DNA from: Alphaproteobacteria bacterium
GTDB taxonomy: Bacteria; Pseudomonadota; Alphaproteobacteria; GCA-2731375
Length of the DNA stretch: 64,000 bases
NCBI GenBank assembly: GCA_965232515.1
Contig: CBDDPY010000002.1
Coordinates: 2,272,001 to 2,336,000, forward strand
Reading direction: 5' to 3'
This document shows positions 39,171 through 49,159 of this stretch, piece by piece; positions within the stretch are counted from its first letter, which is position 1; each line of letters begins with the position of its first letter. The position numbers and the translations under genes were made by a program. The notes below the pieces were generated by a model. That model saw nothing but the letters and a program-made list of their open reading frames with translations. It searched no databases and was not told the DNA's origin.

Positions 39171-40334
39171 ATGTCCGCAATGGTCTCGTCGATCCGCCGG
39201 CAACTGCCGCTGACCGGTCAGTGGGTATTGCTGACGCCGTCCGGTCCTGTCCTGGCCATCGCGGCGCTGTTGGCGCTGATGGCCATCGATCCCGCGGCCC
39301 GCGAGATCACGCTTGCCGCCTTGAGCGACGCCTATCTCGCGGTCAGCGTCTTTGTTGCCGCCACGCTGGCGGCGGCTTTGTTTTTCGAGACCGTGTTCAA
39401 GGTCGACCTGTCCGACTGGCTGGCCCGGCGCACCGCCTGGCAGATCCCGATCGCCGCTTTCCTGGGCGCCCTGCCCGGCTGCGGCGGCGCCGTCATCGTC
39501 GTCACCCAGTATCTGCGTGGCTCCATCGGCTTTGGCAGCCTAATCGCCGTCCTGATCTCGACCATGGGCGATGCCGCCTTCCTGCTGTTGGCGCGGGAGC
39601 CGGGCACGGCCGCGCTGGTGTTCGGCCTGAGCCTGGTCGTCGGCATCGTCAGCGGCATCGTTGTCGAACGTCTGCACGGCCGGGACTTCCTGCGCGCCGA
39701 GGCCGGATCAACGATTCGCGCTGGCTGCCGCACCGCCAGCCTGCCGCCCCGTCGGGTAACCGGAATGTGGATGGCGCTCATGGCGCCGGGCCTGGTGCTG
39801 GGCATCCTGCTGGCCTTCCAGGTCGATACCGACGCGATGCTCGGCTTCCTGCCGGTCGCGGAACCGACCCTGTGGCTCGGCGTTGCCGGCGCCGGGCTGT
39901 CGCTGCTGGTCTGGGCCCGCGGCTGGGCGGCCGCCGACACCGCGAACGCCGACGGTCCCTTGTCGCCGCGCGTCGCCGCCACCACCAGCTTCGTCACGGT
40001 CTGGGTCATCGCCGGCTTTCTCGCCTATGAGCTTGGCAGCCACTATTCCGGCATCGACATCGGGATCGCGTTCAAGAACGCCGCCGTGCTGCTGCCGCTG
40101 ATCGGCGTGCTGGTCGGCCTTCTGCCGGGCTGCGGACCGGCGATCGTGGTGACGACGCTCTACCTGACCGGCGCGGCGCCGCTGTCGACCCAGCTCGGCA
40201 ACGCGATCGGCAATGACGGCGACGCCCTGTTCCCGGCCATGGCGATGGCGCCGAAAGCGGCCCTCGTCGCGACGCTCTATACGGCCATTCCTGCCCTTCT
40301 GGTGGCCTATGGCGCGTACGGGCTCGGCTACTGA
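39171..40334 (+). CDS. Putative manganese/heavy-metal transporter (DUF2899-like, ~10 TM)
   Basis: Duplicated LPGCG motifs, TMGDAAFLL and NAIGNDGDALFP. Confidence 0.75.
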   Translation: MSAMVSSIRRQLPLTGQWVLLTPSGPVLAIAALLALMAIDPAAREITLAALSDAYLAVSVFVAATLAAALFFETVFKVDLSDWLARRTAWQIPIAAFLGALPGCGGAVIVVTQYLRGSIGFGSLIAVLISTMGDAAFLLLAREPGTAALVFGLSLVVGIVSGIVVERLHGRDFLRAEAGSTIRAGCRTASLPPRRVTGMWMALMAPGLVLGILLAFQVDTDAMLGFLPVAEPTLWLGVAGAGLSLLVWARGWAAADTANADGPLSPRVAATTSFVTVWVIAGFLAYELGSHYSGIDIGIAFKNAAVLLPLIGVLVGLLPGCGPAIVVTTLYLTGAAPLSTQLGNAIGNDGDALFPAMAMAPKAALVATLYTAIPALLVAYGAYGLGY

Positions 40335-40480
40335 CATGCAATTCCTTCATGGCGGGCAGAACCGTTTGAGCGGCGGGGCGTTTGCGCCTATAGAGACCGT
40401 CAACGGCTTCGTCTCGCACCACGGAGGTTCCTGTCATCGCAGACGGCGGCGACCATATTGCCCGGCCGCAATGCGGCCCA

Positions 40481-41140
40481 TTGAGCGTCGTCACGCCGGC
40501 GCTGGTGATCTTCGATTGCGACGGCGTCTTGGTCGACAGCGATCCGATACAGAACCGCATGCTGACCGAGGCGATCGTCGAGGCGGGCCTGCCGATCACC
40601 TATGACGAGGTCTGCCGCGACTATACCGGTGGCTTCATGGGCGACATTGTCGCCAGCGTCGAGGCCCAGCTCGGCCGATCGCTGCCGGAGGACTGGGTAC
40701 CGGCGTTCCGGGCCCGGACGGCCGAGGCCTTCCGCCGGGAGTTGCAGCCCGTGCCCGGCGTTGAGCGGGTGCTGCAACAGTTAAGCGCGGCGAAGATCCC
40801 GTTCTGCGTCGGCTCGAACGGGCCGCTGGAAAAGTCGAATCTGACGCTGGGCATCACCGGGCTCGACAAGTATTTCGAGGACCGCATCTTCTCGGGTTGG
40901 CAGGTGCCGCGGGGCAAGCCGGCGCCCGACCTCTATCTGCACGCCGCCAGCGTCATGGGCCAGCCGCCGTCGGCAAGCGTTGTTATCGAGGACAGCGTCA
41001 CCGGCATCACCGCCGGAATCGCCGCCGAGATGACCACCTACGGCTATGTGCCGAACGGCGATGGCCGACCACAGCGATTTGCCGGCGCCCGCGTCTTCCG
41101 CGACATGGCCGAGCTGCCGGCGCTGCTGGGCCTCACATGA
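40481..41140 (+). CDS. HAD family hydrolase (phosphatase)
   Basis: IFDCDGVLVDS, GKPAPDLY and VIEDS. Confidence 0.9.
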   Translation: MSVVTPALVIFDCDGVLVDSDPIQNRMLTEAIVEAGLPITYDEVCRDYTGGFMGDIVASVEAQLGRSLPEDWVPAFRARTAEAFRRELQPVPGVERVLQQLSAAKIPFCVGSNGPLEKSNLTLGITGLDKYFEDRIFSGWQVPRGKPAPDLYLHAASVMGQPPSASVVIEDSVTGITAGIAAEMTTYGYVPNGDGRPQRFAGARVFRDMAELPALLGLT

Positions 41141-41811
41141 AGAATGTGACGGCGCGTATCATTCCCGCCGCCCTGGCGGTGTTGCTGGCGGGACCGGCCG
41201 CGGCCGAGTCCTGGTTCAAGGACAGTTACTATGTCGGTGTCGGCGTCAAGGGCGGGCTGGCGCTGCTCGACGACGCCAGCAACGACGGTGAATCGATCAC
41301 CTTCGACAGCGAATACGACGCCGGCCTCGGCGTCTCAGGCACTTTCGGCTACAGCTTCACCCGCAGCCTCCGCGCCGAGGCCGAGGTCGCCGGCCGCATC
41401 AACGACGCCGACAGCTTCGACTTCGAGCGCGACCAACTGACCGCCGCCAGCTTCAGCGGCGAGACCGAGGCCGAGGGTGACGTGCAATCGATCGCCTTCA
41501 TGCTGAACGGCTACTACGACCTCGACACCGGCACCCGCTGGATGCCCTATGTCGGCGTCGGGGTCGGCGCGGCCTATGTCGAGGCCGAACTGGCGACCGG
41601 CGGCCAGGGCATCGTCGATGACGACGACGTGGTCTTCGCCTATCAGGCTATGATCGGCGTCGCCTACCAGACCACGGCCTTCTCGGCGATCGGCCTCGGC
41701 TACCGCTACTTCGCCACCAGCGACCCCGACCTGGAAGCGCCGAACGGCACCACCTTCAGCTCTGAATACAGCAGCCACAACATCGAGCTGGAACTGCGGC
41801 TTAAGTTCTAG
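41137..41811 (+). CDS. Outer-membrane 8-stranded beta-barrel protein (OmpA-TM/opacity-like)
   Basis: Signal peptide, LRAEAE, MLNGYYD, PYVGVGVG, FAYQAMIGV and C-terminal Phe. Confidence 0.85.
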   Translation: MKNVTARIIPAALAVLLAGPAAAESWFKDSYYVGVGVKGGLALLDDASNDGESITFDSEYDAGLGVSGTFGYSFTRSLRAEAEVAGRINDADSFDFERDQLTAASFSGETEAEGDVQSIAFMLNGYYDLDTGTRWMPYVGVGVGAAYVEAELATGGQGIVDDDDVVFAYQAMIGVAYQTTAFSAIGLGYRYFATSDPDLEAPNGTTFSSEYSSHNIELELRLKF

Positions 41812-42077
41812 CCCGCATTTCTCACCACCCTCATGGTCTGCGCGGCGCTGTGCTGCCGACAGGGCAGGAGCGCTGCGCGGCGCGATGTGGGGCATCGGGC
41901 AAGCGGCGCGACGCCCCCTGTCGGCAGCACGGCGCCGCCCGAAGGGTCGCGCGCAGGCGCCCGCCCGCGGCGTCGCGGCCCTCAACCGTAGGCCCCGCTA
42001 CGCTTTTCGGCCCGCTCCTGGCGGAGCGGACGCCTGTGCGCGACGCAGACCGTGGTGGTGGTGAGAAATGTGGGCTA
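41809..42077. mobile_element. MITE-like non-autonomous element, 269 bp, TA-flanked, with internal hairpins
   Basis: TIRs TAGCCCGCATTTCTCACCACC (41809-41829) and GGTGGTGAGAAATGTGGGCTA (42057-42077), 20/21 complementary; two internal inverted-repeat pairs. Confidence 0.75.
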
Positions 42078-42115
42078 ATTTTCGGGTAGACTGCCGGCAA
42101 TCGGAAGGGCTGGGT

Positions 42116-42727
42116 ATGGGCATTGAGTTTCTGCTGACGTCTATCGTGGTTATCCTGCTGCCGGGCACGGGCGTTCTCTACACGCTTGCCGTCGGCCTGG
42201 GACAGGGCATGAGAGCCAGCATCGTCGCGGCGTTCGGCTGCACGTTGGGCATCGTGCCGCATGTCCTGGCGAGCATTGTCGGACTGGCGGCGGTTCTGCA
42301 CACCAGCGCCATGGCGTTCCAGGTCGTCAAGTATCTGGGCGTCGCCTACCTGTTCTACATGGCCTGGAGCATCCTGCGAGAGGGCGGCGCGCTTGAGGTC
42401 TCCGAAGAACGAACCGAGACGGCCGGAGGGCGCATTGTCCTGAGCGGCATCCTGCTGAACGTTCTGAATCCGAAGCTATCGCTGTTCTTCCTGGCGTTCC
42501 TGCCGCAGTTCGTACCCGCCGGCATTCAAAATCCGACGCCGATGCTTCTCGGCCTCGCGCTGACATTCATGCTTCTGACGTTCATCGTGTTCGTTGGCTA
42601 TGGCGCCTGCGCGTCGTTGGCGCGCGACTATGTCATCTCGCGTCCAACCGTGCTGGTTTGGTTGCGCCGCTCCTTTGCCGGCACGTTCGGTCTGCTGGGC
42701 GTACGGTTGGCACTGTCCGAACGATAA
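42116..42727 (+). CDS. LysE family translocator
   Basis: PGTGVLYT, KYLGVAYL and NVLNPKLSLFFLAFLPQF. Confidence 0.9.
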   Translation: MGIEFLLTSIVVILLPGTGVLYTLAVGLGQGMRASIVAAFGCTLGIVPHVLASIVGLAAVLHTSAMAFQVVKYLGVAYLFYMAWSILREGGALEVSEERTETAGGRIVLSGILLNVLNPKLSLFFLAFLPQFVPAGIQNPTPMLLGLALTFMLLTFIVFVGYGACASLARDYVISRPTVLVWLRRSFAGTFGLLGVRLALSER

Positions 42728-42757
42728 CGCCGCAAACGCACCTGAAGGGCTGCTGCC

Positions 42758-43792
42758 ATGACCCACACGCTGTTGCCGACGACGATCGTCGGGAGCTATC
42801 CGCAACCCGATTGGCTGGTCGATCGGGCGAACCTGTCGGGACGGTTTCCGCCGCGCGTGCGGGCGCGCGAGCTCTGGCGGGTGGCCGACGAATGGCTGGA
42901 GCAGGCCCAGGACGACGCGACATTGCTGGCGATCCGCGATCAGGAGCGCGCGGGCCTCGATATCGTCTCGGACGGCGAGATGCGGCGGGAGAGCTATTCC
43001 AACCGCTTCGCCACCGCCTTGGAGGGCGTCGACATCGACAATCCGGGCACGGCGCTCGACCGCACCGGTCATCCCAACCCGGTGCCGCGGGTCGCCGGGC
43101 CGATCAAGCGCAAGCACGCGGTCGAGCTGCGGGATCTGGAATTCCTGCGCGCCAACACCGACCGGCAGGTGAAGATGACGGTGCCAGGGCCCTTCACCAT
43201 GACGCAGCAGGCGCAGAACGACTATTACGACGACGACAAGGCCTGCGCGCTGGCCTATGCCGCGGCGGTGAACGAGGAGATCAAGGACCTGTTCGCCGCC
43301 GGGGCCGATGTGGTGCAGATCGACGAGCCCTATATGCAGGCCCGGCCCGAGAAGGCGCGCGACTACGGCGTCGAGGTGCTGAACCGGGCGCTCGACGGCG
43401 TCGAGGGCACGACCTGCGTGCACATCTGCTTCGGCTATGCCGCGATCGTCCATGAGCGCCCGTCAGGCTATTCCTTCCTGCCTGAGCTGGAGGGCGCCCA
43501 CTGCCACCAGGTCTCGATCGAGACCGCGCAATCCAATCTCGACTGCAGCGTGCTGGAAACGCTGCCAAGCAAGACCGTCCTGCTGGGCGTGCTCGACCTG
43601 TCGGATATGACCGTCGAGACACCGGAGACGGTGGCCGGCCGCATCCGTCGCGCGATCGAACACATTCCGGCCGAGCGCATCGTCGTGGCGCCGGATTGCG
43701 GCATGAAGTACCTGCCGCGCGACGTCGCCTCCGGCAAGCTTCAGGCCATGGTACAGGGCGCCGCCATCGTGCGCGCGGAACTGGACCGCTAA
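42758..43792 (+). CDS. Cobalamin-independent methionine synthase catalytic-domain family (Meth_synt_2) protein
   Basis: TTIVGSYPQP, DGEMRRESY, QIDEP, Zn ligands HIC.G and E, and APDCG. Confidence 0.88.
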   Translation: MTHTLLPTTIVGSYPQPDWLVDRANLSGRFPPRVRARELWRVADEWLEQAQDDATLLAIRDQERAGLDIVSDGEMRRESYSNRFATALEGVDIDNPGTALDRTGHPNPVPRVAGPIKRKHAVELRDLEFLRANTDRQVKMTVPGPFTMTQQAQNDYYDDDKACALAYAAAVNEEIKDLFAAGADVVQIDEPYMQARPEKARDYGVEVLNRALDGVEGTTCVHICFGYAAIVHERPSGYSFLPELEGAHCHQVSIETAQSNLDCSVLETLPSKTVLLGVLDLSDMTVETPETVAGRIRRAIEHIPAERIVVAPDCGMKYLPRDVASGKLQAMVQGAAIVRAELDR

Positions 43793-43812
43793 GCGGCGCT
43801 TCCCGGCGACAG

Positions 43813-44331
43813 ATGCAGATCGACACCGAACGTTTGCGGCTGCGGGCCTTTGTCGACGACGACCATGCGGCCATCGTCGCGGCCATGAACGACTGGGCGG
43901 TCGCGCAATGGCTCGGCTCCCCGCCCTACCCCTACAGCGACGAGAACGCTCGACAGTGGATTGCCCTTGTGCGGGATGATCACCAGGGCCCCGCGCCGGG
44001 ACGGTTCGCCGTCGCCGGCCGCGAGACGGATGCGCTCATCGGCTGCGTCTCGGTGGAAGACCGGGCCGACGGCGCGGAACTCGGATACTGGCTGTCGCCG
44101 GCGCATTGGGGCCATGGCTACGCCACCGAGGCGTCGCAAGCCCTGGTCACGCACGCCTTCGGCGCCATGGGCTGCCATCGGCTGATCGCGCACACCGATA
44201 CCGACAACACGGCGTCGAACGGGGTCCTGCAAAAATGCGGGTTCCGCCAGCTCGGGCTGGTCGCGCGGCCAGAGACTCGCCGCGGCAAGACCGAACTGCT
44301 GCGGCACGAGCTGTTCGCCGGCGACCTGTAG
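43813..44331 (+). CDS. GNAT acetyltransferase (RimJ/RimL-like)
   Basis: TERLRLR, ELGYWL, WGHGYATEA and N.AS..VLQKCGF. Confidence 0.88.
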   Translation: MQIDTERLRLRAFVDDDHAAIVAAMNDWAVAQWLGSPPYPYSDENARQWIALVRDDHQGPAPGRFAVAGRETDALIGCVSVEDRADGAELGYWLSPAHWGHGYATEASQALVTHAFGAMGCHRLIAHTDTDNTASNGVLQKCGFRQLGLVARPETRRGKTELLRHELFAGDL

Positions 44332-44337
44332 CCGGGA

Positions 44338-45120
44338 TTAGCTCCGGAAGCTGGCGTCCCGGCGTTCGACCAGGCGGACCAGAGCCTCGAAGTCGCGCTC
44401 GGCGCCGCGGCCCTCGGGATCGAAGGTCTTGTTGTCGCGGGTCGAGTTGGTCGCGGCCTCCTCGGTCACCGATCGTACCGGACGGCCCATGCCATAGGCC
44501 ATGACCTGCACGTCGCAGGCGCGCTGCAGCCGGAACAGGCGATTGAAAGCCTCGGGGATCGAGCGGCCGCAGGTGAGCAGGCCGTGGTTGCGCAGGATCA
44601 CGTAATCCTTGTCGCCGATAGCCTGCACCATGCGCGGCCCTTCGTCGTCGCGCGTGGTCAGGCCCTCGAAGTCGTGATAGGCGACCTCGTCCTGCAGCAT
44701 GGCCGAATAGAAATTGCACTGGATCAGGCCTTCCTCCAGGCAGGCGACGGCCATGCCGGTCGTGGTATGGGTGTGCATCACGCATTTCACGTCATGCCGG
44801 GCCTCGTGGATCGCCGAGTGGATCACGTAGCCGGCCGGATTGATCGGCCAGTCGCTGTCACCGATGATCGTGCCGTCGAGATCGACCTTGACCAGATTGG
44901 ACGCGGTGACCTCGCTGTAGTGCAGGCCGAACGGGTTGATCAGGAAATGCATCTCCGGCCCCGGCACCTTGACCGTGATGTGGTTGTAGATCAGCTCGGT
45001 CCAGCCCAGCATGTCGAAGACGCGATAGCAGGCGGCGAGCTGGACTCTCAGGTCCCATTCGCTCATGCCGGCGGGATCGGGGCGATGGGCGACAGCGGCT
45101 TCGGCGGGTGGCGTCATCAC
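44338..45120 (-). CDS. Class II aldolase/adducin family protein
   Basis: LIYNHIT, FLINPFG, IHSAIH, MHTHT and LRNHG. Confidence 0.9.
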   Translation of the reverse strand: MMTPPAEAAVAHRPDPAGMSEWDLRVQLAACYRVFDMLGWTELIYNHITVKVPGPEMHFLINPFGLHYSEVTASNLVKVDLDGTIIGDSDWPINPAGYVIHSAIHEARHDVKCVMHTHTTTGMAVACLEEGLIQCNFYSAMLQDEVAYHDFEGLTTRDDEGPRMVQAIGDKDYVILRNHGLLTCGRSIPEAFNRLFRLQRACDVQVMAYGMGRPVRSVTEEAATNSTRDNKTFDPEGRGAERDFEALVRLVERRDASFRS

Positions 45121-45170
45121 GCTCTCCTTCAGATCCAGTTCCCTATTCTACCGCGAGATGCCGGGCGGCG

Positions 45171-46001
45171 TCAGTAGACCATGCCGCCGCTGCAAAGCAG
45201 TACCTGGCCGCTAATGAAATCCGATTCAGGGATGCAGAGCAGATAGACGGCGCCGGCGGCATCGGTCGGCCGGCCGACGCGCGGCAACGGCGTGCGGGCG
45301 ACGACCTCGTCGTAGGCCTCGCGCGACAAACCGACCTTGTGGTCGCTGTCCTTCACCCGGATGGTGTCGGGCTGGTCGTCGTAGCGCTGCGTCAGCCGGG
45401 TCTCGATATGGCCGAAGGCGACACAATTGACGGTGACATTGTAGCGGCCCCATTCGCGGGCGAGCGTTCGGGTCATGCCGACGACGGCCGCCTTGCCGGC
45501 GGAGTAGGCAAGCTGGGTCGCCGCGCCGTACCACCCCGACGTCGAGGAAATGTTCACGACCTTGCGGCAGCGCGGCATGCCGTCTTCGGCCATCTCGCGC
45601 TTGGCCGTCGCGCGAAAGTAGGTCGAGGCCGCGCGCAGCAGGCGGAACGGCGCCGTCGCGTGCACATCGAGCATGGCCTGCCACTGGTCGTCCGAATGGT
45701 TCTGGATGGTCGAGTTCCAGATATAGCCGGCGTTGTTGACGATGATGTCGAGGCCGCCGAAACGGTCGAGCGTGGCCTCGACGATGCCCTCGCCGAAGTC
45801 GGACGCCGTCACGTCGCCGACGAAGGCCGTCGCCGCACCGCCGTCGCGTTCGATGGCGGCGACGGTGTCGGCAGCGGGCGCGTCGTCGAGATCGTTAACC
45901 ACGACCTGCGCGCCCTCGCCCGCCAGCTTCACGGCGATGGCGCGGCCGATGCCGCGGCCGGACCCGGTAACGATGGCGGTCCGACCGTCGAGTTTGCCCA
46001 T
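45171..46001 (-). CDS. SDR family oxidoreductase (FabG-like)
   Basis: TGSGRGIG, NNAG and YSAGK. Confidence 0.9.
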   Translation of the reverse strand: MGKLDGRTAIVTGSGRGIGRAIAVKLAGEGAQVVVNDLDDAPAADTVAAIERDGGAATAFVGDVTASDFGEGIVEATLDRFGGLDIIVNNAGYIWNSTIQNHSDDQWQAMLDVHATAPFRLLRAASTYFRATAKREMAEDGMPRCRKVVNISSTSGWYGAATQLAYSAGKAAVVGMTRTLAREWGRYNVTVNCVAFGHIETRLTQRYDDQPDTIRVKDSDHKVGLSREAYDEVVARTPLPRVGRPTDAAGAVYLLCIPESDFISGQVLLCSGGMVY

Positions 46002-46008
46002 AACAGGC

Positions 46009-47445
46009 CTAGGGCGCGACGTAGGACGTCTTCACGGTCGTGTAGAACTCGTGCGCGTAGCGGCCCTGCTCACGCGGACCGTAGCTCGAGCCCTTCCGGC
46101 CGCCGAACGGCACGTGATAGTCCACACCGGCCGTCGGCAGGTTGACCATCACCATGCCGGCCTCGGAATTGCGCTTGAAGTCGCTGGCATGCTTCAGCGA
46201 GGTCGTGCAGATGCCGGACGACAGGCCGAAGTCGGTGTCGTTCGCCACCGCCAGCGCCTCGTCGTAGTCGCCGGCCTTGATCACCGTCGCCACGGGGCCG
46301 AAGATCTCCTCACGATTGACGCGCATGTCGTTCGTGGTCCCGGCCAGCAGCGCCGGCGAGAGATAGAAGCCCTCGGTCTCGCGGTTCAGGCGTTCGCCGC
46401 CGCAAACCAGCTCGGCGCCTTCCGACTTGCCGATGTCGAGGTATTTCAGGTCCTGGTCGAGCTGGCTCTGATCGACCACCGGGCCGATGTCGGTGCCGGA
46501 CTTCAACGCGTCATCGACGGTGAGCGATTGCAGCTTGGCCGCGACCGCATCGACGAACTGGTCGTGGATGCCCGGCGTCACAATCAGCCGGCTGGAGGCG
46601 GTGCAGCGCTGACCGGTCGAGTAGAACGCGCCCTGCACGGCGCAGTTCACCGCGACATCGATGTCGGCATCGTCCAGCACCACCAGCGGGTTCTTACCGC
46701 CCATCTCGAGCTGCACCTTGGCGAGGCGCGCGACGGCCTTCTGCGCCACGTTCTGGCCGGTCTCGACCGACCCGGTAAAGGTGATGCCGGCGATCCGCTT
46801 GTCGGCCAGCATGGCCTCGCCGACGACCGAGCCGCGGCCCATGACCATGTTGAACACGCCCTCGGGCGCGCCGGCGCGGGCGATGATGTCGGCGAGCGCC
46901 CAGGCGCAGCCCGGGACCAGGTCGGCCGGCTTGAACACAACAGTGTTGCCGTAGCAGAGCGCCGGCGCGATCTTCCAGGCCGGGATCGCGATGGGGAAGT
47001 TCCAAGGCGTGATGATGCCGACCGTGCCGAGCGGCTCGCGCGTGATCTCGACGTCGAGGCCCGGCCGGGTGGACGGCAGCTTCTCGCCTGCTAGCCGCAG
47101 GGCCTCGCCGGCGAAGAACTTGAAGATTTGGCCGGCCCGCATGGCCTCGCCGATGCCCTCCGGCAGGGTCTTGCCCTCTTCGCGGCTGAGCAGGTTGCCG
47201 AGCTCTTCCTTGCGCGACAGGATCTCGTTGCCGATGGCGTCCAGCAGATCGTGCCGCTGCTGGATCGGGCTGCGGTTCCAGGCCGGCGCGGCGGCGGCGG
47301 CCGCGGCGATGGCGTCCTCGACCTGATCGGCGTTGGCGCGCGCGTATTCGCCGACGGTGTCGGCCAGGTTCGACGGATTGACGTTCTGGTTGACATCGCT
47401 GCTGTCGACCCAGTCGCCGGCGATGAAGTTCTTGTGTTCGGTCAT
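46009..47445 (-). CDS. Aldehyde dehydrogenase
   Basis: ITPWNFP, FTGS, LEMGGKN, GQRCTA and EEIFGPV. Confidence 0.93.
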   Translation of the reverse strand: MTEHKNFIAGDWVDSSDVNQNVNPSNLADTVGEYARANADQVEDAIAAAAAAAPAWNRSPIQQRHDLLDAIGNEILSRKEELGNLLSREEGKTLPEGIGEAMRAGQIFKFFAGEALRLAGEKLPSTRPGLDVEITREPLGTVGIITPWNFPIAIPAWKIAPALCYGNTVVFKPADLVPGCAWALADIIARAGAPEGVFNMVMGRGSVVGEAMLADKRIAGITFTGSVETGQNVAQKAVARLAKVQLEMGGKNPLVVLDDADIDVAVNCAVQGAFYSTGQRCTASSRLIVTPGIHDQFVDAVAAKLQSLTVDDALKSGTDIGPVVDQSQLDQDLKYLDIGKSEGAELVCGGERLNRETEGFYLSPALLAGTTNDMRVNREEIFGPVATVIKAGDYDEALAVANDTDFGLSSGICTTSLKHASDFKRNSEAGMVMVNLPTAGVDYHVPFGGRKGSSYGPREQGRYAHEFYTTVKTSYVAP

Positions 47446-47456
47446 GACGCTGTCCC

Positions 47457-49145
47457 TCAGGCTTGCTGTCGCTTCAACGCCGCCTCCTTGATGGCGGCGA
47501 GTGTGGTGCGGGTGGTGATGGCGTTCGGATCGGTGCGCAGGTCGAGCAGCGCGATCCGGTCGGCGGCCATGGCGCGGTCGAACGCGCCGGCGAACTCGTC
47601 ATCTTTTTCAACCGTTTCGCCGAAGGCGCCAAACGACTTTGCGAAGGCGGCGAAGTCCGGATTGGTCAGGTCGGTGGCGCTGCGCCGGCCGGGATATTCG
47701 CGCTCCTGATGCATGCGGATAGTGCCGTAGATGCCGTTGTTCACGACCAGGATAATCGGCTTGAAGCCGTGATGCACTGCCGTCGCGATCTCCTGCGCGC
47801 TCATCATGAAGCCGCCGTCGCCGACGAAGCAGATCACCCGGCGCTCGGGATGCACGGCGGCTGCGGCGACGGCGGCCGGCACGCCATAGCCCATGGCGCC
47901 GCTGGTCGGGCCGAGCTGGCTGGGATAGACCGAGAACTGCAGATAACGGTGGGCCCAGCCCGAGAAATTGCCGGCATCGTTGGTGATGATGGTGTCCGGC
48001 GGCAGCTTCTCGCGCAACACGGTCACGACATGGGCCATATCGAGATCGCCGACCGACGGCTCAATCTCGAGATTGCCGAGATAGTCTTCCCGCGCGGTTT
48101 TCGTCCAGTCGCGCCAGGCCGCCGGGTCGACCGGGTCAAGCGCGGCGGCCGCGGCGGCGAAGCCCGGCATGCCGGCATTGATCGCCAGCGTCGGCCGGTA
48201 GACACGGCCCAGTTCCTCGGCGCCGGGATGGACATGCACAATGGGCTGCTGCGGGTTCGGGATGTCGAACAGGGTGTAGCCCTGGCTGGTCATCTCGCCG
48301 AGCCGCGGCCCGACCGTCAGCAGCAGGTCCGTGTCCCGGAAGCGCTGCACCAGCGGCGGGTTCGAGCCGATGCCAAGCTCGCCGACATAGTTCTTGTGCC
48401 GGTTGTCCATGCGGTCCTGGCAGCGGAAGCCGCCGACGACAGGCAGGTCGTTCGCCTCGGCGAAGCGGGTGATGTCGGCAACCGCGTCCGGCGTCCAGGT
48501 GCCGCCGCCCAGCAGCAACAGCGGTCGTTCGGCCGCGGCCAGCATCTCGCGCAGTTGCGCCATGTCGTCGGGGCCGGGATGCGCCTGCACCGGCCGGTAG
48601 GACATGGCGTCGGCGATGCCGGCGCGCTCGACCAGCATGTCTTCCGGCAGCGCCAGCACCACCGGGCCCGGCCGGCCCGAGGTCGCGGTGTGGAAGGCGT
48701 GGCTAACCATCTCGGGGATGCGCGCCGGATCGTCGATCTGCGCCGCCCATTTCGAGCATTGGTCGAAGAACCGCCGGTAGTCCATCTCCTGGAAGGCCTC
48801 GCGCTCGGTCATTTCGCGGGCAACCTGGCCGACAAACAAAATCAGCGGCGTCGAGTCCTGGAAGGCCGTATGCAGGCCGACGGCGGCGTGCGCCGCGCCC
48901 GGCCCGCGGGTGACGAAGCAGATGCCGGGCCGGCCGGTCAGCTTGCCGTAGGCTTCCGCCATGTTGGCGGCGCCGGCTTCCTGACGGCAGGTCACGAGCT
49001 GGATGGCATCGCCGGCGTCGTGCAACGCGTCCAGCGCGGCCAGATAGCTCTCGCCCGGCACGCAGAACGCCGTGTCGGCGCCGTGCACCTTCAACTGGTC
49101 AATCAGGATCTGCCCGCCGGTGCGCAAATTGCTGCCGTCGTTCAT
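47457..49145 (-). CDS. Thiamine-diphosphate-dependent enzyme (acetolactate synthase-like/decarboxylase)
   Basis: VPGESY, CRQE, TRGPG, AFQE, GRPGPV and GDGGFMM...VNN. Confidence 0.9.
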   Translation of the reverse strand: MNDGSNLRTGGQILIDQLKVHGADTAFCVPGESYLAALDALHDAGDAIQLVTCRQEAGAANMAEAYGKLTGRPGICFVTRGPGAAHAAVGLHTAFQDSTPLILFVGQVAREMTEREAFQEMDYRRFFDQCSKWAAQIDDPARIPEMVSHAFHTATSGRPGPVVLALPEDMLVERAGIADAMSYRPVQAHPGPDDMAQLREMLAAAERPLLLLGGGTWTPDAVADITRFAEANDLPVVGGFRCQDRMDNRHKNYVGELGIGSNPPLVQRFRDTDLLLTVGPRLGEMTSQGYTLFDIPNPQQPIVHVHPGAEELGRVYRPTLAINAGMPGFAAAAAALDPVDPAAWRDWTKTAREDYLGNLEIEPSVGDLDMAHVVTVLREKLPPDTIITNDAGNFSGWAHRYLQFSVYPSQLGPTSGAMGYGVPAAVAAAAVHPERRVICFVGDGGFMMSAQEIATAVHHGFKPIILVVNNGIYGTIRMHQEREYPGRRSATDLTNPDFAAFAKSFGAFGETVEKDDEFAGAFDRAMAADRIALLDLRTDPNAITTRTTLAAIKEAALKRQQA

Positions 49146-49159
49146 GGCGTTCGACCTCC

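Noticed and set aside
41809-42077. tRNA, CRISPR or riboswitch interpretation of the structured intergenic region
   Set aside because: No tRNA T/D-loop motifs, no repeat-spacer periodicity and no riboswitch consensus recognised; TIRs with TA ends favour a MITE.
9961-45120. mtnA plus class II aldolase as a DHAP-shunt methionine salvage pathway
   Set aside because: The genes are ~33 kb apart, the aldolase is of the adducin-like type within another operon, and no mtnP/mtnK is adjacent.
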